Assembly: GCA_965287045.1 (NCBI GenBank)
Contig: OZ336875.1
Span: forward strand, 31,000,001-31,064,000
Direction: 5' to 3'
Length of the DNA stretch: 64,000 nucleotides
DNA from: Carcharhinus amblyrhynchos
Lineage: Eukaryota
Below are positions 12,140-25,259 of the stretch, piece by piece. A program made the translations under genes and the position numbers. The notes beneath the pieces are model-generated. The model made no database searches, had not been told where the DNA came from, and was given only the letters and a program-made list of their open reading frames with translations. The first letter of the stretch is position 1. Every line of letters begins with the position of its first letter.

Positions 12140-12735
12140 TGTCCTGGTCCCCCATGCCGATGCTAAGTTAAGAAAGCCCACCAATGCCTCTACTTTCTCA
12201 GAAGATGAAGGAAATTCGGCATGTTAGCTATGACTTCACCAACTTTTACAGATGCACGATAGAAAGCATTCTTTCTGGTTGTTTCACAGCTTGGTATGGC
12301 TCCTGCTCTGCCCAAGACTGCAAAGAACTACTAAAGGTTGTGAATGTAGCCCAATCCATCACACAAACCAGCCTCCCAAGCATTGAACATGTGCACACTT
12401 CTGACTGCCTCAGCAAAGCAGCCAACATAATTAAGGACCCAATGCACTCCGGATGTTCTTCCTTCCACCTTCTTCCTTTGGGAAAAAGATACAAAAGTTT
12501 GAGGTCATGTACCAACCAACTCAAGAACAGCTTCCTCCCTGCTGCTGTCAGACTTTTGAATGGATTTACCTTGCATTAATTTGATCTTTCTCTACACCCT
12601 AGCTATGACTGTAACACTACATTCTGTACTCTCTTGTTTCCTTTCGACAAACAGTGTGTTTTGTCTGTATAGCATGCAAGAAACAATACTTTCCACTGTC
12701 TGTTATACATGTGACAATAATAAATCAAACCAAAA
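12140..12735 (+). mobile_element. Rex1/Babar-clade LINE 3' end (ORF2 C-terminus plus tail)
   Basis: ORF 12184-12579 NFYRCTIESILSGCFTAWYGSC...IIKDPMHSG...LLPLGKRY...LKNSFLPAAVRLLN is the typical Rex1-type C-terminus; tail GTGACAATAATAAATCAAA. Confidence 0.85.
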
Positions 12736-13546
12736 TTTTACAACTTATTCCTGGGATGCCCATGTGGGTTGAAGGAAGTCCTCACTTGGCATGCCTTAAA
12801 ATTTCTGAATCTTGGTAGAAAGCTGTTTAGAAATGCCTCAGATTTTATGATGTTAAACTGCACTGAAATTTCGATATAATTGAAGAGAAAGGAGACCACC
12901 TAGATTGTTCTCCATTCCTTTTCAGCACAGTTCCACAGAAGCTACATTTGGCATCCATCGAATCTCCATGTACTCATATGTTATCAACATTTGGGACAAG
13001 CATCCTTGTTTCATTCAGTGCCTGATTTTGAAATTCCCTCTTTTGCAATTGCATTAAACCAGCCATGTGTAACAGGAAGAACAAGAAAACCCTATCAGCC
13101 CTATCAACGCTCACTTTATCTGATAGTATTAATTTAGGCACCATCACCCCTCTCAAATGCTATTAATGCTGACTTCAGGAGAGAATGTCATCCTCCCATG
13201 GACAACTTACTCTGCTCTTCAATATATCACAATGTCCGTAGGAATAGATCACGCTATGGGGTGACAAAAGACCATCAGTATTGATGGTTGCAAACTTCCT
13301 TCGTCACTTTCTTACCTTTAATTTTCATTAGCCATGAATGTCAAAGGTTGATCAATTTTGATTTTGATATTTATAAATCCTCTTCTTCCAGTATTTCCAG
13401 GATAACTATTCCACATAGTCTCCATCTTGTACATCAATATCTTGCCTGTATTCACTTACTTTTTATCATTTTCATTTGAATCTGTTTTCCCTTGTCCTAA
13501 TTAAAGTTTACATTAACATTGCACATCCCTGTGGGAACCAGTTATT

Positions 13547-14100
13547 CGATTTGATTTGATTTCTTATTGTCACATTATGGGTATACAATGAAAAGTATTG
13601 TTTCTTGTGTAATACAAACAGAGCATACCATTCATTGTGTACAGAGGGGAGAAGGAAAGGGGAGGGTGCAGAATGTAGTGTTACAGTCATAACTATGGTG
13701 TAGAGAAAAATCAACTTAGTATGAGTAGGTCCATTCAAAAGTCTGATGGCAGCAGGGAAGCAGCTGTTCTTGAGTCAGTTGGTACATGACCTCCGGCTTT
13801 TGTATTTTTTTCCTGATGGAAGAAGGTGGTAGAGAGTATGTCCACAGTATGTGGGGTCCTTAGTAATGCTGACTGCTTTTCCAAGGCAGTGGGAAGTGTA
13901 GACAGTGTCATTGGGTGGGAAGCTAGTTTGAGTAATGGACCGGACTTCGTTCATGACCCTTTGTTGTTTAGTGCAGTCTAGGAGAGAGCAGGAGCCATAC
14001 TACGCTGTGATACAACTAGAAAGATTGCTTTTTATGTTGCATCTGTAAAAGTTGGTGAGAGTAGTAGCAAGCATGCCAAATTTCCTTAGCCTCCTGAGTT
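13547..14100 (-). mobile_element. Rex1/Babar-clade LINE 3' end, inverted relative to the copy at 12140
   Basis: Reverse complement of the same tail ((GATTT)n TTATTGTCACAT) and ORF2 end. Confidence 0.85.
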
Positions 14101-15184
14101 GTCCTTCTTTCACCTTTCTCCACGTCAATCCTGTGGTGCATAGAACACACTACATAAGGTGTGGTCTTCTAGTACTTTGCACTGGAATTCTCCTGAGCTG
14201 TTATACAGTCTGGAGGTGCTGGAGCCTGACAGAAGGGTATTTCTAACATGCAGAAGCCTAGCTTTCCAGCAGGCTGCATTCATCTAATTAGTAAGGATGC
14301 AGATAGCAATGACTTAACACATTTGCACACTGTGCATAGCTGGACCACAGGATTTCTGGAAGTGGTCTTAATTTTCAAATCTCTGGCTTGGATTAGACCT
14401 CTTGTTTGGAGCTTGTGTGGTTGTGGAGTGCAATGACTGAACAATCTTGGAGTCTCACATTTTAGTGATTTTTAACTGACTGGTCTCTCTCATAACCTAA
14501 AAAAAATCAATTGCGTATCCTTTCTGAGATTTAATTTCTTCCTTCTCTGTGATGTCTGATGTTTAACAGTGATGATTATTGCTAAAGAATGCACTGCAGG
14601 AATCAATTTAGAAATGTGGCTCCACGCACCAATCCTCAGTAGGAAGAATCAGGGAAACAGTAATGTTCAATACATTTGTTTATGATTAGAAATTAAAGTA
14701 GTGGTTAGAGCCGCACACTATTCATAACTACTGGGATGCTGCAGAAAATTATAAATAGCATTCAATCAGCACAAACATTTTCATTTGATTATATGCACTA
14801 AATGAATGAGGTTTTTATTCTGTTTAGTGTTTTTGGCGATAGAAATTCCACTGTGTGCTATATTTAACAAATTGATTAATGTGTTCAGGTGAAATTCTTC
14901 TGTTCACTGTTTTAATAAAGACACAGACCCTTCTTTTTAAATCGGGTTAATTCATTCATTAAAATCGTGTTGAATCCAATTACTGTGCTAAGATCACAAA
15001 ATAAGAAGAAAATGCAGTGAAGTTGTTTTACTTTGTTTAAAATTCAGGGGATTAAACAGTTTAAAATTTCCTGTGTGAGCAGCTCTAATTCAAGGTTAAG
15101 TGAGAGAACATTTGTGATTCATGGGTTAATTGCAGACAGCCTGCATTTGTTAAAGAAAAGTTGTGTTTGTCAAATTTGGAAAGA

Positions 15185-15520
15185 GTCTTTTTCTTGGCAA
15201 AGTGATTAACGTGTAGGTAAAGGGAATAGATGTAATGTTTGACAAAAGGTTTCAAAGGGGATTATTGTAAAAATTCTGTCATATGGTGTTAGAGGGAATG
15301 TAGCAACGTGAATAGAAAGTTAGGTGATGGAAACAAAGAGGTTAAATGGCTAAGCTTCAGTTAGGTGAAAGTTTGGAAGTGTTATCCCCAGACCACAATG
15401 CTGGAAACACCATTTCCAATTTGTATAGGTGACCTGGACTTGGGCAGAGAGAACATGATTGGATACTTTCCGACAGCGCGAAAATAAAGATGATACGCAA
15501 CAAGTGAATTAGATTGTAAA
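15185..15520 (+). mobile_element. Highly decayed CR1-like RT fragment
   Basis: Traces of the KG..VD..FDK / GVRGNVA.WIE.W / SGVPQG region, heavily frameshifted. Confidence 0.45.
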
Positions 15521-15637
15521 TAAATGCAGGGAGGATAACTGGACTGAAAAATGATAGATGCAAATTAATGTGGATTGACTGTGATCTGTGGATATCTTTT
15601 TGCTGCTCCAGATCAGATCCATGTGTCCTTTCCAATG

Positions 15638-15792
15638 TAAGAAGCCTCACAACATCAGATTAAAGTCCAACAGGTTTATTTGGGAGAAAAAGCCAGTAGG
15701 TTTGCTACCAAATAAACCTGTTGGACTTTAACCTGATGTTGTGAGACTTCTTAATGTGTTTACCCCAGTCCAACGCCAACAGCTCCACATCA
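15638..15792 (+). mobile_element. Short hairpin Penelope-like retroelement with 12-bp TSD
   Basis: 46-bp inverted arms at 15638-15683 and 15708-15753 with 2 mismatches; flanked by the direct repeat TCCTTTCCAATG (15626-15637 and 15793-15804). Confidence 0.8.
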
Positions 15793-17185
15793 TCCTTTCC
15801 AATGAGCAGAGTAACTGAGATTGGCTTTTGAGGTTAGTGAGAGCCTATTGCAATGAAATTGTTGTATACCCTCCTGTGCTTGGTCATGAGATTGCCCTGC
15901 AATTGCTTCTGTCTATGTAAAATACTTTGGTGACTAGCTAGATCTGCCCGCTTTCTAATCTAATGGCTTGAGGCCAGCAAAGAGGTTTGTGAAGTCCTGC
16001 TTGCTGGTCCTCTCAATCTGTTCCCCAAGTGAAAAAGAGACTCTCCAAATGTCCAGTAGTCGCTGTCCAATACTGAACTTGATTTGCCTGTGTAATTGCC
16101 ATGTACTTCATGATGCAATGCACAGCATTTTGAAAAAGTGACTTTGGTCACAGGGCATTTTTCACTATCTGAGAAGACAACTGTGTATACTTCATGTTTC
16201 TTTGCATATGTAGACTTGAATATATAACTAAGTTGCTATCAGAGCATGATTCCTAGGATCAGCAGCTGTAGAAGAGTACAAACTGGGCCTGCAGCCAGTA
16301 GGTTCCTGCTTATTGGCCCACATTCTCCTCCTCACTCCTGCTGTGTATTTCAATTCGTGGTTCTGCTTTAAGTTGCTTTTCTAGATTTACGGAGTGATTG
16401 TATCGCCGTAGGTGATTGCCACAAATTGAATGTGTGGTTTGAGTTACTAGTTTACTTTGTGTTTAGTAAAAACTTAAGCCACATCTTGTGAAAATGGGAA
16501 CCTGTAGAGATATGAGGGACATAAGTTAAAAACAACACCAAACGTACTTAAATGGAAATGCATTGTGTCACGGTGCTATGTTGAATGAAAGGATTCAGTA
16601 AAAATGGGAAGAAAGAATCTGAAAATGAATGGTACTAACCTGTACCAGAGATGGACCTCCAAATATTAGCCCTCCCCGCTTTCTCCAATCTGTCAGTCAC
16701 TTTAACTTTCAACATTGTCTCTTTGAAGATGCCAGAAGGTTTTGAGATTATTGAGTCCTTCTCTCGTGCCTGCTCCCTGTTATGTCTTGTATTTTCCTGA
16801 GAGTGGAAAAGAAATGTTGAGATGTTAGAAGGTTGACACTTGTAACATTAAATTCTCACCCTGCGCCTCAACATGTCTGCAAGGAGACAAACGTGCAACA
16901 TGTAACTTGGCTTTGCTGGCAGATTGCTTGCTGAGCATACCTTTACAGATATAAGGGTGACAAGTTTGTTGAAGCTAGAAAGTATACTGTGCTGGAATAT
17001 GGGATTGCATGTTAAGCTCTGAATGAACAATAAGGTTACCCAAACACTTTACATGAGGCTGCAGCCAAGATGTAACAGCTTGAGAGAACTACTTTGCTGC
17101 ATGCATATTTTGTTTAATAGATTTTCACAGACTGGCATTCTCATCTGTTTGTAGGTGCTGTGGGGTGTTGCACACAGGGTGTTGG

Positions 17186-17480
17186 TGTGGTATGATGACA
17201 CAGTGGTTAGCACTGCTGCCTCACAGCGCCAGGGACCTGAGTTCGATTCTCGGCCTTGGGTATATGTGGAGCCTACATTTTCTCCCCGGATCTATATGGA
17301 TTACCTCCAGATTCTGCAGTTTCCTCTCACAGTCCAAAAGACGTGCTGTTTAGGTGCATTGCTCAATTCTTCCTCGGTATAATTGAACAGATGCCGGAGT
17401 GTGGTGACTAGGGGATTTTCACAGTAACTTCATTACAGAGTTAATGTAAGCCTACTTGTGACACTAATAAATAAACTTTA
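17186..17480 (+). mobile_element. V-SINE, alternative-tail subfamily (tail ...GCCTACTTGTGACACTAATAAATAAACTTT)
   Basis: HE1-like head and V-domain, with a 3' part shared with copies at 30810, 38810, 40042, 46093, 48320, 49031, 53547 and 61432. Confidence 0.85.
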
Positions 17481-18477
17481 AAAAAAGCTTTTTTGCTGCA
17501 TCAGACTATGAAGGCTAAATTGTTCTCCAACGGGGAGGAGTGCTGTGGACTGTTAAACAAGGCAGTCTTTTGTTGGTTCTCTTCCTAGCCTCACAGATGA
17601 ACCCAGGGAAATTGATATTCCTAGCTGCTGCAATTTTATAGGTTGAACATGGAAGAGCAGTAGAATTTGTTTGGGTAAAAACCTGGCCCCTTGGAAAAAG
17701 ACTACTGCAGACCCTTAAGAAATGCAGCAGGTCTGCAATCCTTCCCACATCGCTCCCAATGATGCAAGCTCCCAGCAAGAGGCCTAAAATAGGCCAGAAG
17801 TTTGGTACGAATATGCAATTAAAGGACAATTCAAAAGGATCCAGTAGACCAGTTATGCACAGTATGCCTGTGCGCTAAGTCTGTTCACTATCTGGCTGAA
17901 CGAAAGTCGACATTCGGATACCAGTCTTTATACTTAATCCAATAAAGAGGCTATTGTGAATAAATTAGCTATTAATCCTCAGGCCACAAGCATTTACAAA
18001 GGGCAGGTTATTGATAAAAATACAGTTTCCAGATTATCGGGATACGGTCCGCTTACAGGAACCGCTACTAATCCATTGAGAGGGAAAATGTTTCTATAAA
18101 ACTCAAAATGGTAACAGATGTACTCTAACCAGCACAGACTGCAGCACTTTTTAAAGAGGCAACAAATGGTATTCGTCAACTTCAATTTTCCTTCGTTGTG
18201 CTCACATGCTAATTAGGTAGGAGAACGAACATAAATGGTTGTCTGCTTGTACTTTGTAGTTGAAAAATGGGATTAATGTTTTAAAGCTGTAATTCCTCCA
18301 TAACATGGCAATAGTTTAAGGTTAATAATTAAAAGTCTGCCTCAACCAAAATGCTCCAAAATAAAATTTGTTCCAGAGCTGATCCTTCTTCCCCTGAGTG
18401 TGATTTGAGCAGTCTTACCTTGTGTAGCATTTACAAATAACATGGGTATTGGTGCTACAAGTGTACACCTGAGTTGA

Positions 18478-18835
18478 TAGGAGACGGCTGAGGGGTGACC
18501 TGATAGGGATTACCATGACAATGTTAGGTCTTGATCAAGCTGTCAATAGAAACGTTTTCACTTGTGGGGAAAAGCAAAACTAGAGGCCATCAGTATAAGA
18601 TGGTCACCAGGAAATCCAGTTGGAATTCAAAAGAAACTCCCTTCACCCAAAGAGTGGTATGATTGTGGAACTTGCTACCATCAGGAGGTGGCTGATGCCT
18701 TGAAAGGGGAGTTAAAGAAGAATACAAGAGAGAAGGGAACAGAGGACTATACTGATGTGGAAGACTGGGAAGAAGTTTGAGTGGAACATAAGCGCCTGCA
18801 TGGACTGCTCTTTGGGCACAATAGCCTCTTTCTTT
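18478..18835 (+). mobile_element. CR1/HER1 LINE 3' end
   Basis: RRLRGDLI-like GAGACGGCTGAGGGGTGACCTGATAG; FT.RVV..WN.LP-like TTCACCCAAAGAGTGGT...TGGAACTTGCTACCA; CR1-type tail. Confidence 0.75.
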
Positions 18836-19084
18836 GTCTCTTATTTGATGTTACAAAATCCACACTGTCACTGGCAAATACAATAGGGTTTCTATAATAA
18901 GAGTACAATGGGATCTTTCAATACATTTATAGGATAAATGTATTAATTAGTTTTACAGCATTGCTAGTGAGTGCCTTGCAGATTCAGTCTAGAAGAAACA
19001 GTACAGAATGATATTTGAGTCTCATGATTAGAAGTGTTTATTTGTGGCACGAAACTAGCATTCACCATAGTCCACAAAGGACCA

Positions 19085-19266
19085 TGGCATTTCTCTCCAT
19101 TGGTGAGAGACAATTGATTGTATAAACTTTGAGGTGCACCACTCCACATGAGCATAGGGCAAGTCAAAGAGGCAGGCCTCCATGAACTACCATAGCCAGT
19201 GCAAGGATTGAACCCATGTTGTTGGCATCACTCTGTGCCACACTCTAGCCATTTAGCCAACTTAGC
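19085..19266 (-). mobile_element. tRNA(Ile)-derived SINE, same family as 37760 and 49620
   Basis: Minus strand AGCTAAGTTGGCT...GGGTTCAATCC carries A and B boxes; body shared with the other two copies. Confidence 0.6.
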
Positions 19267-20514
19267 TTTTTCTCAATTTTGCTAGCATTATTAATGAAGA
19301 CATTTAATTTTTAAAAATTCCATTATTTTTCTTTCCATATTCTGTGAATAAAATGGCCACTGTCATTTCTCTAACCACTGTCATTGCTCCTTATTATTGG
19401 TTTTTAGATGCTGAAATTCAGCTTATTCCCATTGAGATACTTTGGGCAGGATTTTCCAGTCTTGTCCGTACCTGTTCCGCTGCCAGCGAGATTGGAGAAT
19501 TTGGTGCTCAGCTGAAACTCCTTTCACTTCTGTGGCCACAGAGAGTCCCAGCCGCGGACAAGGACAGAGATTTTTGTCGTTTATCTTTCATCCACCTCAT
19601 TCTTTCATCTACCTTTAGTCAGTGTTGTGTCCATTAACATAGCTGAAACTATTAATTTGCTGGATGAGGGGACCAGAAGCCCAAACAAAAAACAGAGCAG
19701 TGTGTTAATGCTTCACAAATCTGCCTTGAAATGGGAATTTCAATGGGTGTCCCACCTAAACTGGATATGTGATTATAACATATTGTAATAAATGCTGCAG
19801 CTAAAATTTCACAGTAATCAATTGCTAATTATTCCTTGATAAACCTTCCGTGATAATACTACAAGTGTTAATCTCATAGTCTCACAATTATTGCGCATTA
19901 CTGACTTATGTTTCTTCAGAAGGAACTCTTCAAATGCAGATAATAAAAATATAACAAAACTTACTCCAATTTATAAATCAAAGAAAGGGTTTAATTAAGA
20001 AACTGCATTACTTCAAACTTGGAACTTTGCCCTGGACCACTCTACTTGTTTCCTAACAAGTTCTTTTTAATAATGAGTCAGTTAGTCAGCTGACCATCAC
20101 ATCATTCTGTAATTGGTTCCATGGTTTACTGGGTCAGCTGATCCTTACGGCTTGTTATCATTGGTCAGATTACATCCAATACAAAGTTGTCACCAGTTAC
20201 ATTCTAACAAGTTGGATAGTCGGTGATAGTTGATAACTGTGCTGAAATCATCATAATAACAGAGGGGATAATTTTCACTTTGGGCTATATCAAAACAGCA
20301 GCTCATTTTACATCACTCCTGATTAAGTGAAAAATCAGTCGACGTGCAAAATGGGATACCGATTTGATAATCCCCATCTTCCACTATTTCACATGTGCAA
20401 ATTCTTCTGGAGAAATTGTGGGTCCAACACAATGAATCTCAATACTCTGTGTTACACGAGTGGGAAGTGAGTAATATCAGGTTGGATTCCCATTCCTGAC
20501 TGACATCTAATATC

Positions 20515-20985
20515 GAATCATAGAGTTTTTCAACATTGAAAGAGGCCCTTCAGCCCATTGTGTCTGCACTGGCCATCAAGCACCTATCTATTCTACTCCC
20601 ATTTTCCAGCACTTGGTCTGTAACCTTGTATGCTATGGTGTTTCAAGTGTTCATCTAAATGCTTCTTAAATATTGTGAGAGTTTCTCCCTCTACCACCCT
20701 TTCGGGCAGTGAGATCCAGATTCTCACCACTTCTGGGTGAAAATGCTTTTTCTCAAATCCTCTTTAATTCTCCTGCCCCTTATCTTTCCCCCCTGGTTGT
20801 TGACCACTCTACAAAGGGGAAAGGTTTCTTCCTATCTCTGTCACATAACTTTGTACATCTCAGTCAGAACCCCCCTCAGCCTTTTCTGCTTTAAGGAAAA
20901 CCAACCCCAGCTGAACTGTTCTTTCTTCATAGCTGAAACATTCCAGCCCAGGCAATATCCTGGTGAATCCCTTCTGCCCCCCTCT
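20515..20985 (-). mobile_element. CR1/HER1 LINE 3' end
   Basis: GAATCATAGAG...GAGGCCCTTCAGCCCAT tail followed by reverse ORF2 3' sequence (TTCCAGATTCTCACCAC-like). Confidence 0.75.
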
Positions 20986-22184
20986 CTAGACTCCAATCAG
21001 GCTTTGGCTTTGCTGTGACAGCCCTTGATGTCGAATAGTTTACTGAACCCGTATAAGAATAACTGATTGCGTAAATAAAATTGGGGTGGGGGAGTATAAA
21101 ATGCACAGAGAATCATAACCAGCGTGGCATACACACTGTTTTCAGGAGAAGAGGAAGTTGGGATTGGTGGGAGGTGGGGGGAAGGTTAACGACACAGAAA
21201 TAAAGCAACCACACAAAAGTAAAATGAATTAAATAACAGATGCTAGAAATAGATTTTCAAGACTGTGATCTAATTCAAGCTTTGGTTTGAATTTTATGAT
21301 AACTCCTGAAACCTCTGATTAGTTTCTTAGCCTGTAATCAATCTCATTAATCTCTTTAACCCGTTCGAGATTGCTGTGACATTTCCAAACCCCGGTGCAG
21401 ATCTAAGTGGATCAATACATGCCTATTTATGGGAGGTGTTTTGTGAATTATGGAAGGTTTAGTAATCTTGGACCTTGCTGTAATTCTGCTTTTGTGATCA
21501 TTTGAAATTTACAATGCCATATGTTATTCTATTCACACTATTGGAAGCTCCGTGACAATTAGGTCCTGGAGAAGTGACATTCTTCCTCTGAAATTAAAGG
21601 GGAAAGCGTTTTAACAGTAGAATCCTGCTTAAAAATTGGTGACAGTGAATGATGATGAACTTTGGTGTCAATTTATTATTTCCTCTCATCTTTTTTTGAG
21701 TCTTTTTATTTTGACAATTATAATGATACCTTTGGCGGGCTGTCTTGGAGGAGTTGTTGACTCTTACATGTGCAAGAGCAGAATCAGCACCAATAAAGAT
21801 GAACTCCTGTTCACTCAGATTACTTCAAATTTATATCTAAAATCACACTGTGAGGCTAAGAATTTTTTCTAAATTAGCTCTGCCAGTGATTTTGTGTTAT
21901 TTTGTCAGTGTTCTCCTGAAGCATTGCCTTTTTGGTTGTGATGACTCCACAAACAGCCATGCAATGAATGTCAACAAAATAGTTACATACAAGAATTCAC
22001 TGGGCCAGATTTTGCCCATGCATTCGCCCACTTACACGCACACAGTTTCCAAAAGCTTCAGGGAGCAAAAATGCTAGCTGATTTGTTTTCCTCTTCTAGC
22101 AAAAACCTTCCTACTACTCTGACTGTGATTAGTCAACCTAAGACCAAAGATCAGGCCTCAATGTTCTGATTAAAAAAAGTACAT

Positions 22185-22527
22185 GTTTTTATACCCATTC
22201 ATGAGACATGGGCGTCACTGGCAGTCCAACATTTATAGCCCATCCCTTGTTGCCCAATGGCATGCTGAGAGCCATCCACAATGCTGTAGCTCTGGAGTCA
22301 CATGTAAGCCAGACCAGGTAAGGACAGCAGATTTGCATCCCTAAAGGGCATTAGTGAACCAGATGGGTTTTTCTGACAATCAACAATGGTTTCATGATCA
22401 TCAGTAGATTTGCAATTCCTTCAAATTTCACCATCTGACATAGTGGATTCAAAGCCAGGTCTCCAGAAAATTAGCTGGGTTTCTGGATTAGTAGTGTGGT
22501 GACTAAACCACTAGGGCATCGCCTCCA
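22185..22527 (-). mobile_element. tRNA-derived SINE of a third family with LINE-like tail; related fragments at about 35690-35790, 40565-40610 and 41340-41660
   Basis: Minus strand starts GGAGGCGATGCCCTAGTGG and has a B-box-like GGCTTTGAATCC; it ends ...GGGATGGGCTATAAATGTTGG...GACGCCCATGTCTCATGAATG followed by an A-rich stretch. Confidence 0.65.
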
Positions 22528-25259
22528 CTTAGTACAATATGTGCAGTATGATTCTCCACTTGGCCTGCAGGGGGCCTCTTTTATTTTATTGGGTCTCCTA
22601 TTTTAATATTGTCAAAGCACTCTAATTATAAAATTATTTTAATGATAGTGAATTCTGCATTGTAGTAACCACATTGTAGGCATTGTAAAATTGATCTGTA
22701 TTTAGGAAATAGGCTTATGGTGTTTATTCCCTTTGATATCGTTTTTTGATGAATGTTCAAGTGAAACTGATCCTTTGATTTAACGCGTGATTTTTCTCCT
22801 CTTCAAAAGACCACTAATTATTAAGGAATTTAATTATATTTGGTGCTCACTTTCTTTGGCTATGGCAGGAAAGGAATCAGTAAGTTCATGACACAACAGC
22901 AGTATGGAATGAATAAGTGCATCATTCAGATAACTTGAAATTATCTTACAAACTTCCATGTGGCTTGCAGAGCCCATCCAGTTGTTTGCTTTGCATTCTA
23001 TTTGTATCAAAGAAAGCGCACCATTGTGGCATTAAAATCCTCAGCTCTGTGACTTTGGTCACTGGTAATAGTCTAAGAGTCCATAAATCATCACTATTGC
23101 TGCCCTTTCATTAACAGCGATAATTCTCGAATATGATTGATGCTGCTGATGCAGTCCTTGGAACATTTAACATTGCCTCAGCTTTAACAAGCCCTTCATC
23201 ATCTCAACCTCTTCATCCAATATATAAGCACTATCTTGTTTATCATAATCTAAAGATACTTAAAGCATGCAACCAGCAATTTCTTAACACAGTGGTTCAA
23301 TTGCTGCAAAGAAATCTCTGTAACACCCTGACTAGTATTGACTGATGAAGCGTGGGAAGATGTATCTATTTACATTACTTAAATGATGGATTAATATTTG
23401 ACTGTCTCGAAACTCCAAACCAGAAGGTTCATTTTTCTTTATTGCACCTTTTAAATGACAGTGCCACTTTTTGTATGATCTGTCTGTCACACTTTCAAAG
23501 GTCAACCAGTCAGTGACACTTACATGCTCCAGGTTGATCGGCTAGTAGAACTATCAGTAAACAAGTGTATGCAATGAGACTTCACTGACTTCAAGTAGCA
23601 AAAGAATAATGAAATAAAATCATAAGCCACACTGAAGCACAGCAAAAATAATGTCTTTCAGTAAATTCTAATCAAGTTGTCTTAAGAATGTATTTTCGAA
23701 AGAAAAAGTGTCCACCCACTGTCATAGGGGCTTTTGTGTTTCTGACTGTTAGCCAAGAGTAAGAATTATGAGCAATGGTTTCTCAAGTTCCTCTTTGCTG
23801 TGCAGGGGCTCTTTGTATCATTGTGAGGTCCCTTTAAGATTGACTTGGGGGTCAGATGTGCACACCTCTTAAAGGGACTACTGCACACACATGGTATGCT
23901 TGTCTCCTCTGTTGGACTTTCTGGAGTGCAACATATCCACACAGCTTAGAGATGAGGTTGATTATGAGAGAAAGACATCACTCTGTGTACACAATTTTGC
24001 AAAATCAGGTTTATAATTTTGAAACTTGCATCACGCATAGAATAAAATATTGTAGAAATTGCAATGAAAGCCACACGGTATATTGAGGTGTTGTACCATC
24101 TAGCAATAGAAGATCATTGAAATATCATGCATTGGTATTTAGTTGATTGATCAAAAATTATTCTGCATCAATGCAGGAGAAAATCCTGACACTTCTTAGC
24201 ATGCACAAGGGATACATTCATACCAACTGTTTCTATCATTGTGGAGTTGGCTTTGCTTACTCTTCTGTTTTGCTCTAAAACTCAAAATGAAAATCCCTGT
24301 CCACTTTATATTCAATGTTAATTTCTTAAATTGTTTCTTTTTATTGTTTGCTTTGTAGCTTGTCACATTTACTTTAACCTGTTTCACGTTGTAAATTTAG
24401 ACTTGGGCTTAAGAAGAGCAAGTTTGTACAATTTATTTTAAAGTAGGCAAATCTTTCAGCCATCTCAACTAAATCATGATGTTCAAGATTTTTAGATAGA
24501 TTTACTCAAGTAATGGAACAGTTACACTTCAGAGCCAGCTCATCTTTATGTATGAGCCTCTCACGCTGCTAAATTGCAGCATCAGTTAGGCTGACAGAAA
24601 GGGCTTCTGTCTCTTTATCCTTTGTACTATGCTGTGTGAGAGTGTTACCGTGAGCATGTGCTGTGCAGCAGGTCTTGTTATCAGACAGATTGTGTAAAAT
24701 GGTACTTTTTTGTCAGGCTGACCTTTCTCCAGTACACAGAAGCTTACAAAATCTCGATGCCTCCTCTGCATTTTATAAAGTAGTTGCCTTGTTATTGATG
24801 TTTCATTCAGCACCTTGTGTAGAATTTGTTCTTCCGATCACTTTTACTAAATATCTCCACTTGCCTTTTAATTACATCTCCTGGTTTCTCCTCAGCACTG
24901 ATATTAACATTCTATTAAGGGTGCTGAGCACATGAAGACTACTCGAAGTTGCTACCCTGCAGCTTGGATTATATGATTTGGATTACATTATGTGTTAAAA
25001 TAGTACCAATCAGAAATTCTAAACTAACAAGTAAATATGCTCCATTTTATTGACAATTTCTCTGTTGTGAATACTTGCCCTACAATGTTAAATGAATGAG
25101 AAGGGGAATGAATTTGTGTGTGTTTTCAATATTCAAAAAAAAAATGCACGCTTAACCACCTAATAGCCATCTATATAGCTCTGTTCTCACATTCTGCTGT
25201 GATATATAATCCCTGATATAAATTTAAAATATATTATTTGAAGTATCACTCAATGCAGC

